Below are positions 60,462 through 64,000 of a DNA stretch of 64,000 nucleotides, piece by piece. Under the pieces are notes generated by a model. That model saw only the letters and a list, made by a program, of their open reading frames with translations, did not search any database and was not told where the DNA came from. The stretch is from assembly GCA_965221955.1 (NCBI GenBank), contig CBDCTA010000029.1, positions 320,001-384,000 on the forward strand, written 5' to 3'. The translations under genes were made by a program, and so were the position numbers. The stretch is from Gammaproteobacteria bacterium (GTDB lineage: Bacteria; Pseudomonadota; Gammaproteobacteria; UBA4575). Positions within the stretch are counted from its first letter, which is position 1; each line of letters begins with the position of its first letter.

Positions 60462-61203
60462 TTAGTTTTTTCGCTTAACACCTAGTAACTTTGCGAACCC
60501 CCATTTCCTAAAACCAAGCATCATTGCAACCCCGCTACGCTTGTTTGCAGGAATTTTTAAATCATTGCTAATTAATTGATCAAAGTATCTTGTAACTTCG
60601 TCTAATTTCTCATGCATTTTATGAATTGCTCCGTCAGTAAGCATTCCTCCAACAAAATGAAGTTTCTCATCTTGATGAGAAAATTTTGTTTTCAGAAATT
60701 CAGTTAAAATTTCTTGATTGAAAAACTTTTGTACCGGTCCCATCATCGGACCATTTAAAGTTTCGAGCTGTTAATAAACGTATACGATTAAATGGTAATA
60801 ATTCAATGAGACCTATCTTTTCAAGTTTTATAAAATGCTTATTGAGCTCGGCTTCTGAGAAATCAAACGTATCCTTAATTTCATGCTCCTTCCAATGATT
60901 AAGAACAAGGTAGGTAACTAATAACAACCTATGGTCATTCACAAATTCTTTTTCTTGTTGCAATGTAAGTTGTGTAATCAAAGGTTGTTGCAGCTCAGAG
61001 TCTAAAACGATTTCTTTTATGTCTAAACCTAACCAATTACATAATGTTTCTAGTCGATTTAGTGATAACCCTGCAGTGGAAAATAATCTCCTTATACTGG
61101 GTTCACTGAGGTTCAAAATCTCAGCAGCATCAGCATAGGTCTTACCTTGAGTTCGAATCCGCTTCTTTAGAGCAATGTGAATAGCTTTGCTTTGAACAGC
61201 CAT
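60462..61203 (-). pseudogene. XRE-type HTH regulator, frameshifted (pseudogene or sequencing error)
   Basis: ORF 61203-60700 (TYADAAEILNLSEPSIRRLF) joins ORF 60746-60462 as ..KWSDDG|PVQKFF.. if one base of CCC 60739-60741 is removed. Confidence 0.75.
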
Positions 61204-61205
61204 AA

Positions 61206-61267
61206 TGTATTATATATTGATACAAATATGTCATATATTGCAAATATTTAGATAATAATTGCAAATA
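61206..61267. promoter_or_regulatory. Candidate operator array between regulator and desaturase operon
   Basis: TGTAT-N9-ATACA (61206-61224); ATATATTG at 61212 and 61233; TTGCAAATA at 61238 and 61259 (21-bp period). Confidence 0.4.
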
Positions 61268-61313
61268 ATGAGACAAACCGGAAATATGCTCTCAGATACA
61301 AGGGAGTATTTGC

Positions 61314-62045
61314 ATGAGTCTATTTGTCATTATTGTCTCCATCGGGGTCAGCATGATTATTATCGAGAGATTGTGGCCAAACGCTCTGTTACCCGAAACA
61401 CCTCGCTGGTGGGTAAGAGCCCTTATATTTAATTTTGCCCAAGCACTAATCAGTTTTATCGCTGCAGTTACTTGGGACAAGTGGTTTCCATTTTTTACAT
61501 TGTTTGAAATTGATGCACTTCCTAATGCAATACAAATCCTCATTGGCTACATTACAATTACATTTATCTATTACTGGTGGCATCGTGCGCGACATGAAAT
61601 TCCATTGCTGTGGAATGTGTTCCACCAAATTCATCATAGCCCTGCAAGACTAGAAGTAATCACCAGCTTTTATAAACATCCACTAGAAACATTCGTAAAT
61701 GGATTGTTATCCAGTTGGTTGTTACATAGTTTGTTAGGTGTGACTCCAACCGTTGCAGCCACGGTTGTAATGATCACTGGTCTTGCTGAATTCATTTATC
61801 ACTGGAATATACGCACACCTTACTGGTTAGGGTTTTTGTTTCAGCGTCCAGAAAGTCATCGTGTGCATCATCAACATGGGCTTCATCATTTTAATTATTC
61901 GGATTTACCAATTTGGGACATGTTATTTGGGACATTCAATAATCCTAAATCAACGCCTAAACAAACGGGATTTGAAATTAATGATGAATTACAGCTTAAA
62001 ACCATGTTGCTTGGAAAGTCTGTTGTTAATAGGAGACTAACATGA
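61314..62045 (+). CDS. Sterol desaturase/fatty acid hydroxylase family protein
   Basis: His boxes HRARH, HQIHH, H.N and HRVHH. Confidence 0.92.
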   Translation: MSLFVIIVSIGVSMIIIERLWPNALLPETPRWWVRALIFNFAQALISFIAAVTWDKWFPFFTLFEIDALPNAIQILIGYITITFIYYWWHRARHEIPLLWNVFHQIHHSPARLEVITSFYKHPLETFVNGLLSSWLLHSLLGVTPTVAATVVMITGLAEFIYHWNIRTPYWLGFLFQRPESHRVHHQHGLHHFNYSDLPIWDMLFGTFNNPKSTPKQTGFEINDELQLKTMLLGKSVVNRRLT

Positions 62046-62530
62046 AACATAAAATAATATTTTTATTCTTAATATTTATAGGCAGTGTACGTGCAGTTGC
62101 TGATATCGGTGGGTATTCAAATGTATCTTCGTTTTTCTCATTATTTAATGCATCACCTGCAATGAAAGTGTTCACGGCACATAATAATTATGAGACTTTT
62201 TCACCAATTTTTATGCTCGATTTTCATGGAGACAATGGTAGTTCGACATCTATTGAATTAACACCAGAACTCTATAGAAAATTAGAAGGCCCTTATAATC
62301 GAAGAAACATATTTGGTGCAGCCATTTCCTATGGTCCAGTACTTGTGAGCAATCAAAATACAGCGGATTTATTTTACAGTGTTGTGCAGTATAGTTTTTG
62401 TAAACCAGGGAGACTGATTAATGAATTAGAAATTAATGTACTTGATGACGTGCGCAAAGTTACGGTTCGTTATCTACATCAGGAAAATGTAAATACTGAT
62501 TATCCCTGTTCAATTGGAGGTGGACTGTGA
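62042..62530 (+). CDS. Hypothetical membrane-anchored/exported protein
   Basis: Overlaps both neighbours; N-terminal hydrophobic segment; ASPAMKVF and GPYNRRN motifs. Last codons may be frameshifted. Confidence 0.7.
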   Translation: MKHKIIFLFLIFIGSVRAVADIGGYSNVSSFFSLFNASPAMKVFTAHNNYETFSPIFMLDFHGDNGSSTSIELTPELYRKLEGPYNRRNIFGAAISYGPVLVSNQNTADLFYSVVQYSFCKPGRLINELEINVLDDVRKVTVRYLHQENVNTDYPCSIGGGL

Positions 62531-63766
62531 ATAACTCTAACTGGACTGCCGGTATGTTCGCAATTTTTAGAGTTCTACTAGGATTGTATTTAATTGTGCA
62601 TTTTTTACATTTGGTACCGTGGGGTACAGAAGTATTTGGGGACAATGGAACGCTATATAGTTCATCAGTTAGTCCACTCATGGGCATCATGCCAAACCCG
62701 CTTAACATATTAGGAGAGAGTTACTTCATAAGTTTATTACTTTTGATTGGTGCAATAAGTGGAACACTAATTGTATTAGGTAAGTGGGACCGCATAGGAG
62801 CTGCCATATCAATGGTTGTATTAGCATGGCTCTATCAACGCAATCCTTTGATTGCAAATCCTTCATTACCCTTACTTGGTTGGATGTTGCTTGCTTATTG
62901 CATTATTCCTTTAGGTGGAATTGGCCGGGCATTTACTAAAAATGGAGATACGACTGATTTTAACTGGCGATTGCCGGGCTCTGCATGGTGGGCAGCATGG
63001 ATCGTATTGGGTGTAGCTTATACATATAGTGGATATACTAAGTTATTAAGTCCGTCGTGGGTGGACGGTTCTGCTATAAGCATTGTTCTAGAGAATCCAT
63101 TAGCAAGAGACTATTTTCTAAACAGTTTTTCTTTTATCGTTAGACCCGTGGTTTTTAAAAGGACTTACCTGGGCAATTACATGGATTGAACTATTATTTC
63201 TTCCTCTAATTGCTTTTAAGTCAACACGCTTTATTGTATGGGCATTGATGTTGATTGTGCAGTTTGGCTTTCTTTTCTTACTTAACTTTGCAGATTTAAC
63301 ATTTCCAATGTTGCTTATCCATTTATTGCTCTTTGACCCTCAGTGGATTACACCAAAGCCGAATAAAAAAGAAACGATTTTCTATGATGGAAATTGTGCA
63401 TTGTGTCATTCTGTTGTACGTCTTGCATTGTCTGAAATGCCCAAAGAACGATATATTTTTTCACCGCTTCAAAGTAAAACGTTTGAAAATGCAATTCCGG
63501 AAAATGTGCGTGCACAGTTACCCGATTCCTTTCTCGTGCTTACAAGTGACAATAAAGTGAAAGTCGAATGTGATGCAGTTTTGCACGTGCTTCGAAGCTT
63601 TGGGGGACTTTGGTACTTATTAGGAACAGCTTTGAGCATTTTACCTAAAGCGTTATTAAATTTCGGATACCGGTTTGTTGCGAAAGTAAGATACCGGCTA
63701 TTTGGTATTAAAAGTAATTTGTGCCCGATAGTACCAACTGAATTCCGAAAATTATTTGTAAGTTGA
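62527..63766 (+). pseudogene. HTTM-domain membrane protein fused to DCC1-like thiol-disulfide oxidoreductase, frameshifted
   Basis: FRVLLG and YTYSGYTKL..W.DG (HTTM); removing one T at 63126-63130 reads NSFLLSLDPWFLKGLTWAITWIELLF.. into the ORF with YDGNCALC (DxxCxxC). Confidence 0.75.
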
Positions 63767-63770
63767 AATT

Positions 63771-64000
63771 ATGAGTAACAGTAGTAAATACGCAAAAGTT
63801 CTTTGGGTATTGCTTGGACTTTTCTGTTTCCGTGTGATTGCTCAATTATTGCAATTGGTATTTGATAGTCCATTTTTGCCTCCGTTTGACACTTGGTATA
63901 GTGGAGCGTTGGCCTATCCGTATTTGCTGGTATCTCAGATACTAATCATCAGTATTTATTCATATATCTGTTTTCAATTTACCAAAGGTTCCGTCACGCC
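63771..64000 (+). CDS. Membrane protein, 3'-truncated by window edge
   Basis: ATG 63771, open to the end: MSNSSKYAKVLWVLLGLFCFRVIAQLLQ..FLPPFDTWYSGALAYPYLLVSQILII. Confidence 0.7.
   Translation, partial: MSNSSKYAKVLWVLLGLFCFRVIAQLLQLVFDSPFLPPFDTWYSGALAYPYLLVSQILIISIYSYICFQFTKGSVT

Overview
AT-rich gammaproteobacterial chromosome segment; the 5'-truncated dsrS next to cysG suggests a possible Dsr-type sulfur oxidiser. Mostly core genes: nth/rnfB-like/metG/apbC/dcd, mgtE-PTS-rapZ-hprK-ptsN-hpf-rpoN-lptBAC-kdsC-yrbG, mlaFEDCB-murA-hisG-aroG-hisD-hisC, degS, nif3, petABC-sspAB-ymdB. Accessory modules: (1) a membrane class III nucleotide cyclase plus Crp regulator, divergent from a small secreted protein and a Cys-containing porin, with CRP boxes between them; (2) a cobalamin riboswitch-btuB-pduO-ROK-DUF6580 operon followed by a candidate CRP-driven, CsrA-binding sRNA; (3) a split MNIO (DUF692/DUF2063/DoxX) RiPP cluster whose EGKCG-repeat precursor carries two EF-hands and shares a TGTAA-N18-GGTC promoter-like motif with the MNIO gene, interrupted by an FMN-GltS/ALS-like/ALDH block resembling a 2-oxoglutarate decarboxylase shunt; (4) an orphan solute-binding protein divergent from a TorS-like-sensor GGDEF-EAL protein with face-to-face sigma28-like promoters; (5) an HTH regulator/desaturase/HTTM-DCC1 cluster with homopolymer frameshifts. 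One MITE-like element. No rRNA, tRNA, CRISPR array or transposase was recognised. All calls are by-eye family recognition; no searches were run.
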